A stretch of 64,000 bases of DNA from Candidatus Ghiorseimicrobium undicola (GTDB lineage: Bacteria > Omnitrophota > Gorgyraeia > Ghiorseimicrobiales > Ghiorseimicrobiaceae). The stretch lies in NCBI GenBank assembly GCA_002796125.1, contig PCWA01000084.1, positions 3,238 to 67,237 of the forward strand, given 5' to 3'. Below, piece after piece: positions 29,575 through 39,736 of the stretch. A program made the position numbers and the translations under genes. The notes below the pieces were generated by a model. That model searched no databases. It saw nothing but the letters and a program-made list of their open reading frames with translations, and was not told the origin of the DNA. Within the stretch, counting starts at the first letter, position 1, and each line of letters starts with the position of its first letter.

Positions 29575-30288
29575 TTATTTAATAACCGTTCCTACCCTAT
29601 CCCCTAAAATGACCTTCTTAATATTGCCGGTTTTAGTCAAATTAAATATAATTATGGGCAAATTATGATCCATGCATAAGCTTATCGAAGTGGCATCCAT
29701 GACCTTAAGGCCTTTTCGTAAAACGTCTATATATTTTAATGAGCCGTATTTTTTCGCGGACTTATCTTTTAACGGATCAGCTGAATATACCCCGTCAACT
29801 TTTGTGGCTTTAAGTATCGCATCTGCGTGTATCTCCATCGCCCTGAGTGCCGCGGCAGTATCGGTAGTAAAATAGGGATTGCCCGTACCGGCTACAAATA
29901 TTACAACGCGCTTTTTTTCCAAATGTCTTATAGCTTTTCGTTTTATGTAGGGCTCGGCAACTTGATGCATCGCGATAGCTGTTTGTACCCGCGTAGGAAC
30001 ACCTGTCTTCTCTAGCGTATCTTGCAAGGCAAGGCCGTTTATAACCGTAGCAAGCATGCCCATATAGTCTGCTACCGACCTATCCATATTAAAAATTTTT
30101 GAATCTGTCCCCCCACGAAAAATATTCCCGCCGCCCACAACCAAGGCAACCTCTACGCCTAAGTCAACTATGTCTTTTATCTGCCTGGCAATAGAAAAAC
30201 AAATACCCTGATCTATCCCGTGGTGCTTATCTCCCTGGAGGGCTTCTCCGCTAAGCTTTAATACTATTCTTTTATATTTAGCTTTCAT
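29575..30288 (-). CDS. pyrH: UMP kinase
   Basis: 237 aa; [12 protein letters not shown]-terminus and amino-acid kinase fold. Confidence 0.9.
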   Translation of the reverse strand: MKAKYKRIVLKLSGEALQGDKHHGIDQGICFSIARQIKDIVDLGVEVALVVGGGNIFRGGTDSKIFNMDRSVADYMGMLATVINGLALQDTLEKTGVPTRVQTAIAMHQVAEPYIKRKAIRHLEKKRVVIFVAGTGNPYFTTDTAAALRAMEIHADAILKATKVDGVYSADPLKDKSAKKYGSLKYIDVLRKGLKVMDATSISLCMDHNLPIIIFNLTKTGNIKKVILGDRVGTVIK

Positions 30289-30338
30289 AAACCCATTTTT
30301 AAAGTTTAAAACCGGTATATTGAAATTCTAACTTTATC

Positions 30339-30854
30339 TTATTCTCCCAGCTGATATCTGGTAAACCTGCGAATAACTATATTCTCGCCTATTTTACCGA
30401 TAAGAGAAGCAAGATAATCGTTAATTGTCATGCTTTGGTCTTTGATAAACGACTGCTCCAGTAAACACATGTGCTTATGAAGCTCCCTTGCTTCCTCTTC
30501 CGGAATATCCTGGTGCATTTCTTCTTTCTTTATATATTTCGGGTCCATGGCAGCTATCTGCATAGCCACATCTTTTACAAACTTTTGAAACTCTTCATTC
30601 TTGGCTACGAAATCAGTTTCGCAGTTAACCTCAACTAAAACCCCGATTTTACCCTGCGCGTGTATATAAGATTCAACCTTACCCTGCCTGGCGGCTCTGC
30701 TTGCTTTCTTAGCCGCTAATTTCGCTCCTTTTTGGCGCAGCAGATCCAAAGCCCGTTTCATATCGCCTTTGGCTTCCTCCAACGCCTTCTTGCAATCAAT
30801 AACCCCGGCAGATGTAGCCTGCCGTAACTCTTTTATTAAATCATTTAAACTCAT
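30339..30854 (-). CDS. tsf: Elongation factor Ts (short form)
   Basis: 171 aa; N-terminal UBA-like LIKELRQATSAGVIDCKKALEEAKGDMKRALDLLRQKG. Shorter than the typical 200-280 aa. Confidence 0.8.
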   Translation of the reverse strand: MSLNDLIKELRQATSAGVIDCKKALEEAKGDMKRALDLLRQKGAKLAAKKASRAARQGKVESYIHAQGKIGVLVEVNCETDFVAKNEEFQKFVKDVAMQIAAMDPKYIKKEEMHQDIPEEEARELHKHMCLLEQSFIKDQSMTINDYLASLIGKIGENIVIRRFTRYQLGE

Positions 30855-31756
30855 TTCTTTGCTCTCCGTTTCGTATCATCACTCTTGCCCGGCTTTTCTT
30901 CTTGCGGCTTAAGGCGCCCTTTGGGTTTCAGGCTACGGGTATCTTTCTTGTCCTCAAGCTCAATTTTCTCTTCGTATTCTTCTACTGTTTCTTCTTCTGC
31001 TTCCACAGGCGCGCTGCTTCCAAGGGCCTTATCTTTTTCTTCCTTAACCAGCTCCTTACCCAAATAATCCAGGAAACGTTTCCTTCCCTCTATAACACTA
31101 TCTGCCACAACAGCAGTGATAAATTTAATGGATTTTACAGCATCATCATTGCCCGGGATCGGGTAAGAGATATTATCCGGATTAGAATTAGTATCCACGA
31201 TGGCGCATATGGGTATGGACAATTTGCTTGCTTCTTTTACAGCAATTTCTTCCGATTTGACATCTATGATAAATAACGCCTTAGGCAGGCGTTCCATATT
31301 TAAAATACCCTCAAAATTCTTTTTTAACTTCTCCATTTCTTTCTCCAGGCGGAATACCTCCTTTTTCTTGAACTTAGAAAAGGTCCCGTCTGTCTTCATG
31401 GTTTCCAGATCTTTATAGCGCTTTATGCTCTTTTTTACAGTCTCGAAATTGGTAAGCAATCCTCCCAGCCAGCGATGAGTAATATAAAACGTGCCCGCCC
31501 TCTCAGCTTCGCTTTTTATTACATCGCGGGCCTGCCGTTTTGTGCCTATAAAAAGAACACTTCCGCCGCCAGCCGCAAGATCGGTAAAAAAATCCTGCGC
31601 CTGTTTTATGGCCTCCGAAGTCTTCTCTAAATCAATTATATGTATACCGCTTTTTTTACCAAAGATATACTTCTCCATTTTGGGATTCCAACGCCTTGTC
31701 TGATGCCCGAAATGAACCCCAGCTTCCAGCAACTTTTTAATTAACTCCATTGACAA
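30851..31756 (-). CDS. rpsB: 30S ribosomal protein S2
   Basis: LLEAGVHFGHQTRRWNPKM signature. The ORF-track start is a TTG; an ATG two codons downstream (31750) is an alternative start. Confidence 0.9.
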   Translation of the reverse strand: MSMELIKKLLEAGVHFGHQTRRWNPKMEKYIFGKKSGIHIIDLEKTSEAIKQAQDFFTDLAAGGGSVLFIGTKRQARDVIKSEAERAGTFYITHRWLGGLLTNFETVKKSIKRYKDLETMKTDGTFSKFKKKEVFRLEKEMEKLKKNFEGILNMERLPKALFIIDVKSEEIAVKEASKLSIPICAIVDTNSNPDNISYPIPGNDDAVKSIKFITAVVADSVIEGRKRFLDYLGKELVKEEKDKALGSSAPVEAEEETVEEYEEKIELEDKKDTRSLKPKGRLKPQEEKPGKSDDTKRRAKK

Positions 31757-31931
31757 CTTATTTTCCCCCTTTCAATCGCTACAATATGCTTGGCTATCAG
31801 TAGATTATTAAAATTGCCGAGAGCGGCAATTGTTGGCCGTATAAGCCCGGAAAGAATAAACAATAATAATTCTTTTTTAATCGTTATTTTCTGTGCCTCG
31901 CACTGTATCTATATAAAAATTCTGAAGTTAT

Positions 31932-31959
31932 ATTTTAACATAAATTCAATTTCTTGCAA
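31932..31959 (-). promoter_or_regulatory. Candidate sigma70-type promoter for rpsB-tsf-pyrH-frr
   Basis: Minus-strand TTGCAA-16 nt-TAAAAT, ~170 nt upstream of rpsB. Confidence 0.35.
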
Positions 31960-31971
31960 GAATTTTTACTG

Positions 31972-33771
31972 TTATTCGGCTTGCGCGTTCTGCAGGCTGT
32001 ACATCTTGCGATACAGGCCGTCACGGGAGAGTAATTCCTCGTGCCTGCCGGATTCAACTATCTCACCGCCGCTTACGACAACAATTTTTGAGACGTTCTT
32101 TACGGTGGAAAGCCTGTGCGCTACCACAAAAACCGTCCTATCGCGCATCAGCACATCTATGGCTTCCTGTACTATTTTTTCCGCATGCGAGTCCAGCTGA
32201 GAAGTCGCCTCATCTAAAAGTAAAATAGGCGGATTCTTCAGTATCGCCCGGGCGATAGCTATCCTTTGCTTCTCGCCTCCGGAAAGCTTAAAACCCCTAT
32301 CGCCTATTATCGTCTCGTATTTATCAGGCATGTTCATAATGAAATCATGAGCGAAGGCCTGCCTGGCAGCCCGTTCAATTGCTTCTATGCCCAAATTAAT
32401 ATTACCGTAAGCTATATTAGCTTTTACGCTATCATTGAATAGAATGGTTTCCTGAGTTACTATGCCTATTTTATTACGCAAAGAGGAAATTTTTAAATCT
32501 TTTATATCTATGCCGTCTATTAAAATCCTGCCTTTATATGGGTCGTAAAAACGCAAAAGCAAATCAAGGAATGTGCTTTTTCCTGCTCCTGAGGGCCCCA
32601 CAATAGCCGCGATTTCTCCGCTTTTTACTTTTAAGCTTATATTTTTCAAAATATCCCTATCCTCATACTTAAACCACACGTTCTCAAATTCAACACCTGT
32701 TTTTATCCCGGCCAGTTCCAGCGCGTCTTTTTTTTCCGTTATGATTGGAACCGTATCCAGCACTTCATAAATACGCCCGTTGGCAGCGAGCGCCTGCTGC
32801 AATAAGCTGTTTACCTGGCTAAGTTTTTTAAACGGACGGATTGTAGATAAAATTGAACCTAAAAACAAAGCAAAGACACCGAAAGATAGCTCACCCTTAA
32901 TTACTTCCTGGCCGGCAAAATAAAAAACAAACAAACCGGCAGCCGCTCCCACAAGCTCTGTGCCCGGGCTGAGTAAAAGCATCCGCTTGGCCGATTTCAT
33001 CGTAAGCTTATAAAAATCCCTGTTCTGGCTGGTAAACTTATTCAGTTCATAATCTTCCATGGCGAAAGCTTTAACAATGCGCACTCCGGAAATCGTTTCA
33101 AATAATAAAGAATTTATATCCGCCATTTTTTCCTGCGATTTTAGGGATATTTTACGTAATTTCTTTCCTACTTTTAATATCGGCAGTATAATCAAAGGCA
33201 GCACCACGAAAGATAAAATCGCCAGCTTTAAATATATAAAAAAGGCGACGCTTACAAAAACTATTACCTGAAACATCTGGTAAACCAAGTCGTAAATTCC
33301 GTATGAAAGCGCATTTTCCACCATTTTTACATCATTGGTAATCCGCGAAATGAGTTCACCGCTGCGCTTCTTACTGTAATAATCTAAAGAAAACGTCTGA
33401 AGTTTAGCGTATATCTTTCCGCGTATATCTTTTATGACTTTCTGGCCCACGTCAGTCATTAAATAAGACTGCAGGAAGCCGAATATTGCTTTAAGAACCA
33501 GCAGAATCAATACTATCGGTACCATTATATTAAGCAAAGCAAGCGGTTCAAGGTTGTTTATTTTTCCTATGAAATCATTGAGGAACGGGGGGATTTTAGC
33601 CGGAATTATTATCGGCTTATTTGTCATAACCTTATCGGACAAAGGCACAAGCATGCCTAATGAAACCCCGTCAAACAAGGCTGAGACAACCATGCAAACA
33701 ACAGCCGCGCCGAATATGCCAAGGTGCGGCTTTAAGAATTTCAGCAATCTTTTATATTCATTGCAAAACAT
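31972..33771 (-). CDS. ABC exporter, fused permease/ATPase (MsbA-like lipid/multidrug exporter)
   Basis: 599 aa; six-TM domain, then GPSGAGKST Walker A, LSGGEKQRIAIARA signature, ILLLDEATS Walker B. Confidence 0.8.
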   Translation of the reverse strand: MFCNEYKRLLKFLKPHLGIFGAAVVCMVVSALFDGVSLGMLVPLSDKVMTNKPIIIPAKIPPFLNDFIGKINNLEPLALLNIMVPIVLILLVLKAIFGFLQSYLMTDVGQKVIKDIRGKIYAKLQTFSLDYYSKKRSGELISRITNDVKMVENALSYGIYDLVYQMFQVIVFVSVAFFIYLKLAILSFVVLPLIILPILKVGKKLRKISLKSQEKMADINSLLFETISGVRIVKAFAMEDYELNKFTSQNRDFYKLTMKSAKRMLLLSPGTELVGAAAGLFVFYFAGQEVIKGELSFGVFALFLGSILSTIRPFKKLSQVNSLLQQALAANGRIYEVLDTVPIITEKKDALELAGIKTGVEFENVWFKYEDRDILKNISLKVKSGEIAAIVGPSGAGKSTFLDLLLRFYDPYKGRILIDGIDIKDLKISSLRNKIGIVTQETILFNDSVKANIAYGNINLGIEAIERAARQAFAHDFIMNMPDKYETIIGDRGFKLSGGEKQRIAIARAILKNPPILLLDEATSQLDSHAEKIVQEAIDVLMRDRTVFVVAHRLSTVKNVSKIVVVSGGEIVESGRHEELLSRDGLYRKMYSLQNAQAE

Positions 33772-33901
33772 GAAATAGCCCTCTCCAGAATTAAACTTTC
33801 CCTCTTAAAATAACAATATAAGTTTTATACTATAGCACCGCCTTATTATATAGTCAAGGAAAGTTTCCTGAGCGGTATCCTGCTGGATACGCAACCTTAA
33901 G

Positions 33902-33930
33902 TTGACTTTTGCATAACCATCTGATATCAT
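33902..33930 (+). promoter_or_regulatory. Candidate sigma70 promoter giving a near-leaderless mRNA for the Gfo/Idh/MocA gene
   Basis: TTGACT (33902-33907), 17-nt spacer, TATCAT (33925-33930); the ATG lies 8 nt downstream (33938) and there is no SD. Confidence 0.4.
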
Positions 33931-33937
33931 TTTAGCT

Positions 33938-34855
33938 ATGGATAAAATTAAAGTCGCGGTTATCGGGGCAGGCAGGCTTGGCGTAATACATGCCCGCATA
34001 TATAAAGAAATACCCCGGACGGAGTTAACCGGCATATGCGATATAGACCGCCTGCGCGCAGATAGCGCGGCAAGAACTTTCGGCGTAGCGGCATACTACG
34101 GCCATCAGGAGCTTTTCGGCAAGGTAGATGCCGTAAGTATTGCTGTTCCCACAGAGCTTCATTATAAAATAGGCCGTGATTTTTTAAATAGTAATATCCA
34201 TACGCTGATAGAAAAACCTTTTACCATTAATGTCAGGCAGGCGGATTCTCTCATAAAAACCGCAAAACATAAGAAACTTATCCTTCAAGTAGGCCATGTC
34301 GAGAGGTTTAATTCTGTGTTTGCCGCCACGCGCCAAATTATAAAAGAAGCGAAATTCATAGAATGCCACCGGCTGAGCCCGTTTCCCAACCGCTCGCTTG
34401 ACGTAGGCGTAGTGTTAGACCTAATGATACACGATATTGATATAGTGCTCGGCCTGGTAAACTCAGGCATAAAACACATTGAAGCCGTAGGAGTAAAAGT
34501 ACTCACTAAATTTGAAGACATTGCCAACGCCAGAATCACCTTTAAAAACGGCTGCGTCGCCAATTTAACCGCGAGCAGGATTTCCGATGAAGTAATGAGA
34601 AAAATCAGGATATTCCAAAAAAACACATATATATCGCTTGATTATAAAGACGCCCAGGCATCGGTGTATAAAAAAGAGGCCTCTCAAATAATCAAACAAG
34701 ACCTGCCTATAGAAAAAGAACAGCCGCTACAAAAAGAACTTGCGGCTTTTATTGATTGCATTATCACTAAAAAAGAGCCTCTGGTTTCCGGCGAAGTCGC
34801 CCGCGAAGCATTAGCCGTTGCTTTAAAAATCCAGAAACAAATATGGCGCAGATAA
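33938..34855 (+). CDS. Gfo/Idh/MocA family NAD(P)-dependent oxidoreductase
   Basis: 305 aa; MDKIKVAVIGAGRLGVIHARIY Rossmann N-terminus and EKP motif; overlaps lpxB by 13 nt. Confidence 0.75.
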   Translation: MDKIKVAVIGAGRLGVIHARIYKEIPRTELTGICDIDRLRADSAARTFGVAAYYGHQELFGKVDAVSIAVPTELHYKIGRDFLNSNIHTLIEKPFTINVRQADSLIKTAKHKKLILQVGHVERFNSVFAATRQIIKEAKFIECHRLSPFPNRSLDVGVVLDLMIHDIDIVLGLVNSGIKHIEAVGVKVLTKFEDIANARITFKNGCVANLTASRISDEVMRKIRIFQKNTYISLDYKDAQASVYKKEASQIIKQDLPIEKEQPLQKELAAFIDCIITKKEPLVSGEVAREALAVALKIQKQIWRR

Positions 34856-36003
34856 ACTCAATACTCAATACTCAATACTCAAAACACATTATTGTCGTTT
34901 GTGGCGAGCCGTCCGGTGATTTAAACGCCTCCCTTTTAGCTGAAGGCTTGAAAAAACTTAACCCCGAAATCAAAATCAGCGCGATAGGCGGCGAGCTCTT
35001 GCGCAAAGCGGGCGCTGAAATATTCTTTGATATCGCCGGGATCTCGGTAATGGGCATATTTGACGTTATAAGAAGACTTCCAAAATTCTTCGCTTTAAAA
35101 AAGCTCATCTTAAAAAAAATTGCTGAAGAAAAAATTGACGCGATAATACTGTTAGATTTTTCCGGTTTTAACCTGCGCCTTGCCAAAGCAATCAATAAAA
35201 AAATACCGGTCATATATTATATCAGCCCACAGGTCTGGGCATCGCGTCCGGGAAGAATCGCAACAATAAAAAAATATATCTCAAGAATAATTGTGATTTT
35301 TAAATTTGAGAAGGAATTTTATAAGAAATACGGCGTGGACGCGGAATTTGTCGGCCATCCGCTACTAGATATCGTAAAACCTATTCAAGAGAAAAATGAA
35401 TTTCTGAAGCGCTGCGGACTCTATGAAAACAAAGCCACTATAGCCCTCCTGCCGGGATCCCGTAAATCCGAAGTAAAAAATATTCTGCCCATAATGGCAA
35501 AAAGCGCCGAACTCATCAACCAGAAAATGCCTAATCTACAATTCGTTATCGCCCGCTCGCATAATGTTGAACTAAATATTTATAAAGAAATTATTGATAA
35601 TTTTAAAATAGATGCCGCTATTATTGAAGGCAGGACTTATGATTGTTTAAATATCGCGGATTTTGCGCTGGTCTGCTCAGGCACAGCCACACTAGAAACT
35701 GCTATAATGCAAAAACCTTTTGTGATAGTTTACAGAATGAATTTGCTTAATTACTTACTCTACCGCCCACAGGTAAAACTACCCTATATCGGAATGGTAA
35801 ATATCGTAGCGGGTAAAAAAATCATCCCTGAATTTATCCAGTTTAACACTAATCCGGAAAAAATTGCCGAAACCGTTTTAGGCATTTTGTCCGATGAAAC
35901 AAAACTCTCCCAAATAAAAAAGGGCCTAAGCGAAACCTCTTTTCTTTTAGGCCCTTCAAATGCCGCGGCAAGCGCGGCAGGGATAATATTAAACCAATTC
36001 TAG
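34843..36003 (+). CDS. lpxB: Lipid-A-disaccharide synthase
   Basis: 386 aa; IIVVCGEPSGDLNASLLAEGLKKL aligns to the LpxB N-terminus. GT-B fold. Confidence 0.85.
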   Translation: MAQINSILNTQYSKHIIVVCGEPSGDLNASLLAEGLKKLNPEIKISAIGGELLRKAGAEIFFDIAGISVMGIFDVIRRLPKFFALKKLILKKIAEEKIDAIILLDFSGFNLRLAKAINKKIPVIYYISPQVWASRPGRIATIKKYISRIIVIFKFEKEFYKKYGVDAEFVGHPLLDIVKPIQEKNEFLKRCGLYENKATIALLPGSRKSEVKNILPIMAKSAELINQKMPNLQFVIARSHNVELNIYKEIIDNFKIDAAIIEGRTYDCLNIADFALVCSGTATLETAIMQKPFVIVYRMNLLNYLLYRPQVKLPYIGMVNIVAGKKIIPEFIQFNTNPEKIAETVLGILSDETKLSQIKKGLSETSFLLGPSNAAASAAGIILNQF

Positions 36004-36042
36004 TTTAGAACCGATCCCGACCCCGCGTCGGAACAGGTCAAA

Positions 36043-38076
36043 TCAATATTCTCTTAACCGGCGGTAAAAAGAAGATTTGGTATAAGAGGGGCAATTTTCA
36101 TCTGGATTATCATCGTAGTTATAATCGCGGTTATCATCCGCGTCAGGTAAAAGGCGCGATAAATCCGTATCCAGCTTAGAAAATACACTTGTAGGGGTTA
36201 AAAAGCGCGAAAGCTTATTAAAGGTGGATATGCCGTGGTTATGCGATTCGTTATGCATAGACAGGTAGAGATTTGTTTTTGCGCGCGTAACTGCCACATA
36301 AAGAAGCCGGCATTCTTCTTCAATCGCTTCTTCATCGTCTAAGGCATAGCTTACGGGCAGGCTGCCGTCACATAAACCTATAATAAAAACATTTTCCCAT
36401 TCCAAGCCCTTGGCAGAATGGATAGTGGATAAAACAACTGGCAGCTCATCATTGGCCTGCTTGGCGCCCATCTCAGACATTGAGCGCTGCGGCGGCTCAA
36501 GAGCGACAAAATCGGCCAGGAATTCCGAAAGATCTCTGTATTCTTCGGCTATCTGTGAAAGCACCTTTAAATCATCCGCCCTTCTCTGATAATCATCAAA
36601 CTTTTTTTTCATAAATGGATAATAGAAATCTACCGCCTCATCCACCATGTTAGAGACAGTCTTATCGGAACTGATAACGCCGATTAGGTCTAAGAGGCTT
36701 TTTAAATCAGAGTAAAATTTTTTCTTTTTAAAATATTCAAGGTCCGGATTAAGATTACCGCTCTTTAACAATTGTGCCAAAACTTTCTCCGCCGTAACAG
36801 GCCCAATACCTTCAAAAAACGATAAAACCCTGTGCCATGACAAATCATCGCGAAAATTGTAAGCTATCCTTAAAAAAGCCAAAGTATCCTTTACGTGCGC
36901 TGTTTCAATAAAGCGTATGCCGCCGTAAACTATAAAAGGTATATTTAATTTAGCCAGCTCCACCTGCAGCGGCAGTGATAAATGATTAGAGCGGTATAAT
37001 ACGCCGATTCTGTTTAAAGACATCCCCTCATCGTAAAGCTGTTTAATCCGACGGGCTACCCAAGAAGCCTCATCGTAGGCATCCCTGAAAAATAAAAGCT
37101 TCGGCTTATCCAACCCTTTACGTACAGCATAAAGAACCTTGGTATATTTTTGATGTTCTTCTTCTATTATACCGTTGGCAAGATCCAATATCGGCTGAGT
37201 AGAACGATAATTTTCCTCTAAAGTTATTATCTTGGTATGCCTAAACTGCTTGGGGAAATTAAACATATTTTTATAATACGCCCCCCTGAAGCTGTATATG
37301 CTCTGGGTGTCATCGCCCACCACTAAAACATTCTCGTGTTCTTTGGATAAAAGATATACGATTTCCCCCTGTATCTTATTTGTATCCTGAAATTCATCTA
37401 CCATTATGTATCTGTACTTAGAAGAAAGGTCCCGCCTTATAGTTTCTTCTTCCAGGGCAATTTTTAAATAGAGAAGCATGTCGTCATAATCAATCAGCCC
37501 CCGCTCTATTTTATATTTTATGTAGGCATCTTTTAATTCTTCGATATCCCTGTAAATATTTAAAAATTGCGCGTATTCCCGCTCGATAACTTCAAAGATT
37601 TTTTCCGACCGGTTAAATGACATGCTTATAATTGCCCGTAAAGTATCTTTTTTGGGGAAACGCTCTTTCTTGTCGCGGAAACCCAGCTTTGATGCCAGCA
37701 ACGACAACGCTTCCTCGGCATCCGACTCGTCAATAAAAGAAAATACCTTACTAAAGCCTAATTTTTTATGATAACGCTGTATTACTTTGTAAGCGAAAGA
37801 ATGGAAAGTCCCTCCATCTACTTTTTTACATTTTATATTATGCGTGGATGCGCGCTCAAGCATTGAGCGGGCGGCCTTACGAGTAAAGGTAAGAAGAAGA
37901 ATTTTTTCCGGCTCAACATTATTAAGCACTAAATTTAAAACACGGTATTCAATAACGCGCGTTTTACCCGTACCGGCGCCTGCAACCACCAAAACAGGGC
38001 CATCCAAAGTAGTCACCGCCTCTTTCTGCGCGTTATTTAAGGGCAATTCGTTTGTATTAATCAGGTCTCTTTTCAT
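36043..38076 (-). CDS. UvrD/PcrA/Rep-family ATP-dependent DNA helicase
   Basis: 677 aa; [10 protein letters not shown] Walker A, DEFQDTN motif II, VTRAK motif VI region. Confidence 0.8.
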   Translation of the reverse strand: MKRDLINTNELPLNNAQKEAVTTLDGPVLVVAGAGTGKTRVIEYRVLNLVLNNVEPEKILLLTFTRKAARSMLERASTHNIKCKKVDGGTFHSFAYKVIQRYHKKLGFSKVFSFIDESDAEEALSLLASKLGFRDKKERFPKKDTLRAIISMSFNRSEKIFEVIEREYAQFLNIYRDIEELKDAYIKYKIERGLIDYDDMLLYLKIALEEETIRRDLSSKYRYIMVDEFQDTNKIQGEIVYLLSKEHENVLVVGDDTQSIYSFRGAYYKNMFNFPKQFRHTKIITLEENYRSTQPILDLANGIIEEEHQKYTKVLYAVRKGLDKPKLLFFRDAYDEASWVARRIKQLYDEGMSLNRIGVLYRSNHLSLPLQVELAKLNIPFIVYGGIRFIETAHVKDTLAFLRIAYNFRDDLSWHRVLSFFEGIGPVTAEKVLAQLLKSGNLNPDLEYFKKKKFYSDLKSLLDLIGVISSDKTVSNMVDEAVDFYYPFMKKKFDDYQRRADDLKVLSQIAEEYRDLSEFLADFVALEPPQRSMSEMGAKQANDELPVVLSTIHSAKGLEWENVFIIGLCDGSLPVSYALDDEEAIEEECRLLYVAVTRAKTNLYLSMHNESHNHGISTFNKLSRFLTPTSVFSKLDTDLSRLLPDADDNRDYNYDDNPDENCPSYTKSSFYRRLREY

Positions 38077-38624
38077 GAATTTGAAGCCGCGTAGCGGGCA
38101 AGGGTATCTACTTCTATGTTTACGAATGAACCGGTATTTTTGTACTTAAGAATTGTATTTTTAAGAGTGTAGGGAATAATATATACGGAAAATACGCTTG
38201 TCCGAACCTCAACCACGGTGAGGCTTATGCCGTCAATGGCTATAGAGCCCTTGCGCGCGATATATTTGCTTAAACCTTTTGGGATAGTAATTTCAAAGCA
38301 TAAATTATTGCCGGTGAAGGTTTTCTTGCGGATTAAACCCTTTGCATCAATATGCCCCAAAACAAAATGGCCAGAGAGCCTATCGCCTATTTTCAACGAA
38401 CGCTCAAGGTTTACGGCATCGCTTATTCCCAGCTCCCCCAGATTGCTGACATCCATTGTCTCCTGCATAACTTCAAAAGATAAATAATCTTTATCTTTTT
38501 TAATTACGGTAAGGCAGGCGCCGTTTACGGCGATGCTATCCCCTGGCTTTGTATTTTCTAAGACGGCTTTAGCCGTTACTTCCAAAAGAGTAAAATCCCC
38601 TCTTCTGCTTATTTTCTTAACCAC
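38073..38624 (-). CDS. ribE: Riboflavin synthase alpha subunit
   Basis: 183 aa; two lumazine-binding repeats (SIAVNGACLTV, SIAIDGISLTV). Confidence 0.85.
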   Translation of the reverse strand: MVKKISRRGDFTLLEVTAKAVLENTKPGDSIAVNGACLTVIKKDKDYLSFEVMQETMDVSNLGELGISDAVNLERSLKIGDRLSGHFVLGHIDAKGLIRKKTFTGNNLCFEITIPKGLSKYIARKGSIAIDGISLTVVEVRTSVFSVYIIPYTLKNTILKYKNTGSFVNIEVDTLARYAASNS

Positions 38625-38638
38625 GCCTAATTCTTCGA

Positions 38639-39736
38639 TTATGCCGGTAAAAATTTTACATCTCCCTCTATTAATAAATCTTCTCCGATTTTTTTCGTTT
38701 CAATATTATTTAATTTTATAACTTCATCTATGCCGCCGACTCCTTTACCGGACACCGAACTAACCGCATTTTTTCCTCCGATAATTTTTGGAGCGGTAAA
38801 AAACATCGCGTAATCCACAAGCTTTTCGTCAAACAATGAGCCGATTAATTCTCCTCCGCCCTCAACCAATATCTTAGATATTTCTAGCGCCGCAAGCTCC
38901 CTCATCATCTGCCGCAGATGAACTTTTCCCGACTTTCGCTCTACGGTTATGACCTGCGCGCCTTTTTTTATTAATTTTACCGCTTTATTATCCGTTATTT
39001 TCTTAGCCGTTACAATAATTATTTTACCGTCAATAAAAATATTTGAATTAATTGGTATTTTAAGCTTGGTATCCGCGATTATTTTTATATTCTTGCTTGT
39101 ACCGGAAAGACGGGGGTTATCTTTTAAAATAGTATTAACCCCTACCATAATCGCGTCAAAATTGCTTCGCAATTTATGGGAAAAATCACGCGCGGGTTTC
39201 CCAGTAATCCATTGAGAATTAAAATTACGCGTAGCAATCTTTCCATCAAGGCTTTGGCCAGCCTTAACGCAAATATAAGGCATTTTTTGCCTGGTATATT
39301 TCATAAAAACTTTATTCATTTTCCGGCATTCAGTTTGGCGGATACCTGTTTTTACCTTAATCCCTGCCCTGCGCAATAAATTAATGCCTTTGCCGTTATT
39401 TAACGGATTCGGATCCCTCATCCCCACGATGACTTCTTTGACTCCGCTTTCTATAATCTTATCAGTACACGGCGGGGTTCGCCCAAAATGACTGCATGGT
39501 TCAAGGGTTATGTATAAAGTCGCGCCTTGTACCCGTCCGGCGGCTTTATTTAAAGCAACAATCTCCGCATGGGCTGCGCCTGTTTTTTTGTGAAAACCTG
39601 TAGCAATAATTTTATTGTTTTTTACGACGACTGCGCCGACATAAGGATTAGGGCGCGGATCTTTAGCTTTTAAGGCAAGGCTAAGCGCCTTACGCATATA
39701 AAATGAATCAGGCCCCTTTTTAACTGGGTTTAGCAT
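38639..39736 (-). CDS. ribD: Bifunctional diaminohydroxyphosphoribosylaminopyrimidine deaminase / 5-amino-6-(5-phosphoribosylamino)uracil reductase
   Basis: 365 aa; HAEIVAL and PCxxC CMP/dCMP-type deaminase zinc motifs; C-terminal RibD reductase domain. Confidence 0.9.
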   Translation of the reverse strand: MLNPVKKGPDSFYMRKALSLALKAKDPRPNPYVGAVVVKNNKIIATGFHKKTGAAHAEIVALNKAAGRVQGATLYITLEPCSHFGRTPPCTDKIIESGVKEVIVGMRDPNPLNNGKGINLLRRAGIKVKTGIRQTECRKMNKVFMKYTRQKMPYICVKAGQSLDGKIATRNFNSQWITGKPARDFSHKLRSNFDAIMVGVNTILKDNPRLSGTSKNIKIIADTKLKIPINSNIFIDGKIIIVTAKKITDNKAVKLIKKGAQVITVERKSGKVHLRQMMRELAALEISKILVEGGGELIGSLFDEKLVDYAMFFTAPKIIGGKNAVSSVSGKGVGGIDEVIKLNNIETKKIGEDLLIEGDVKFLPA

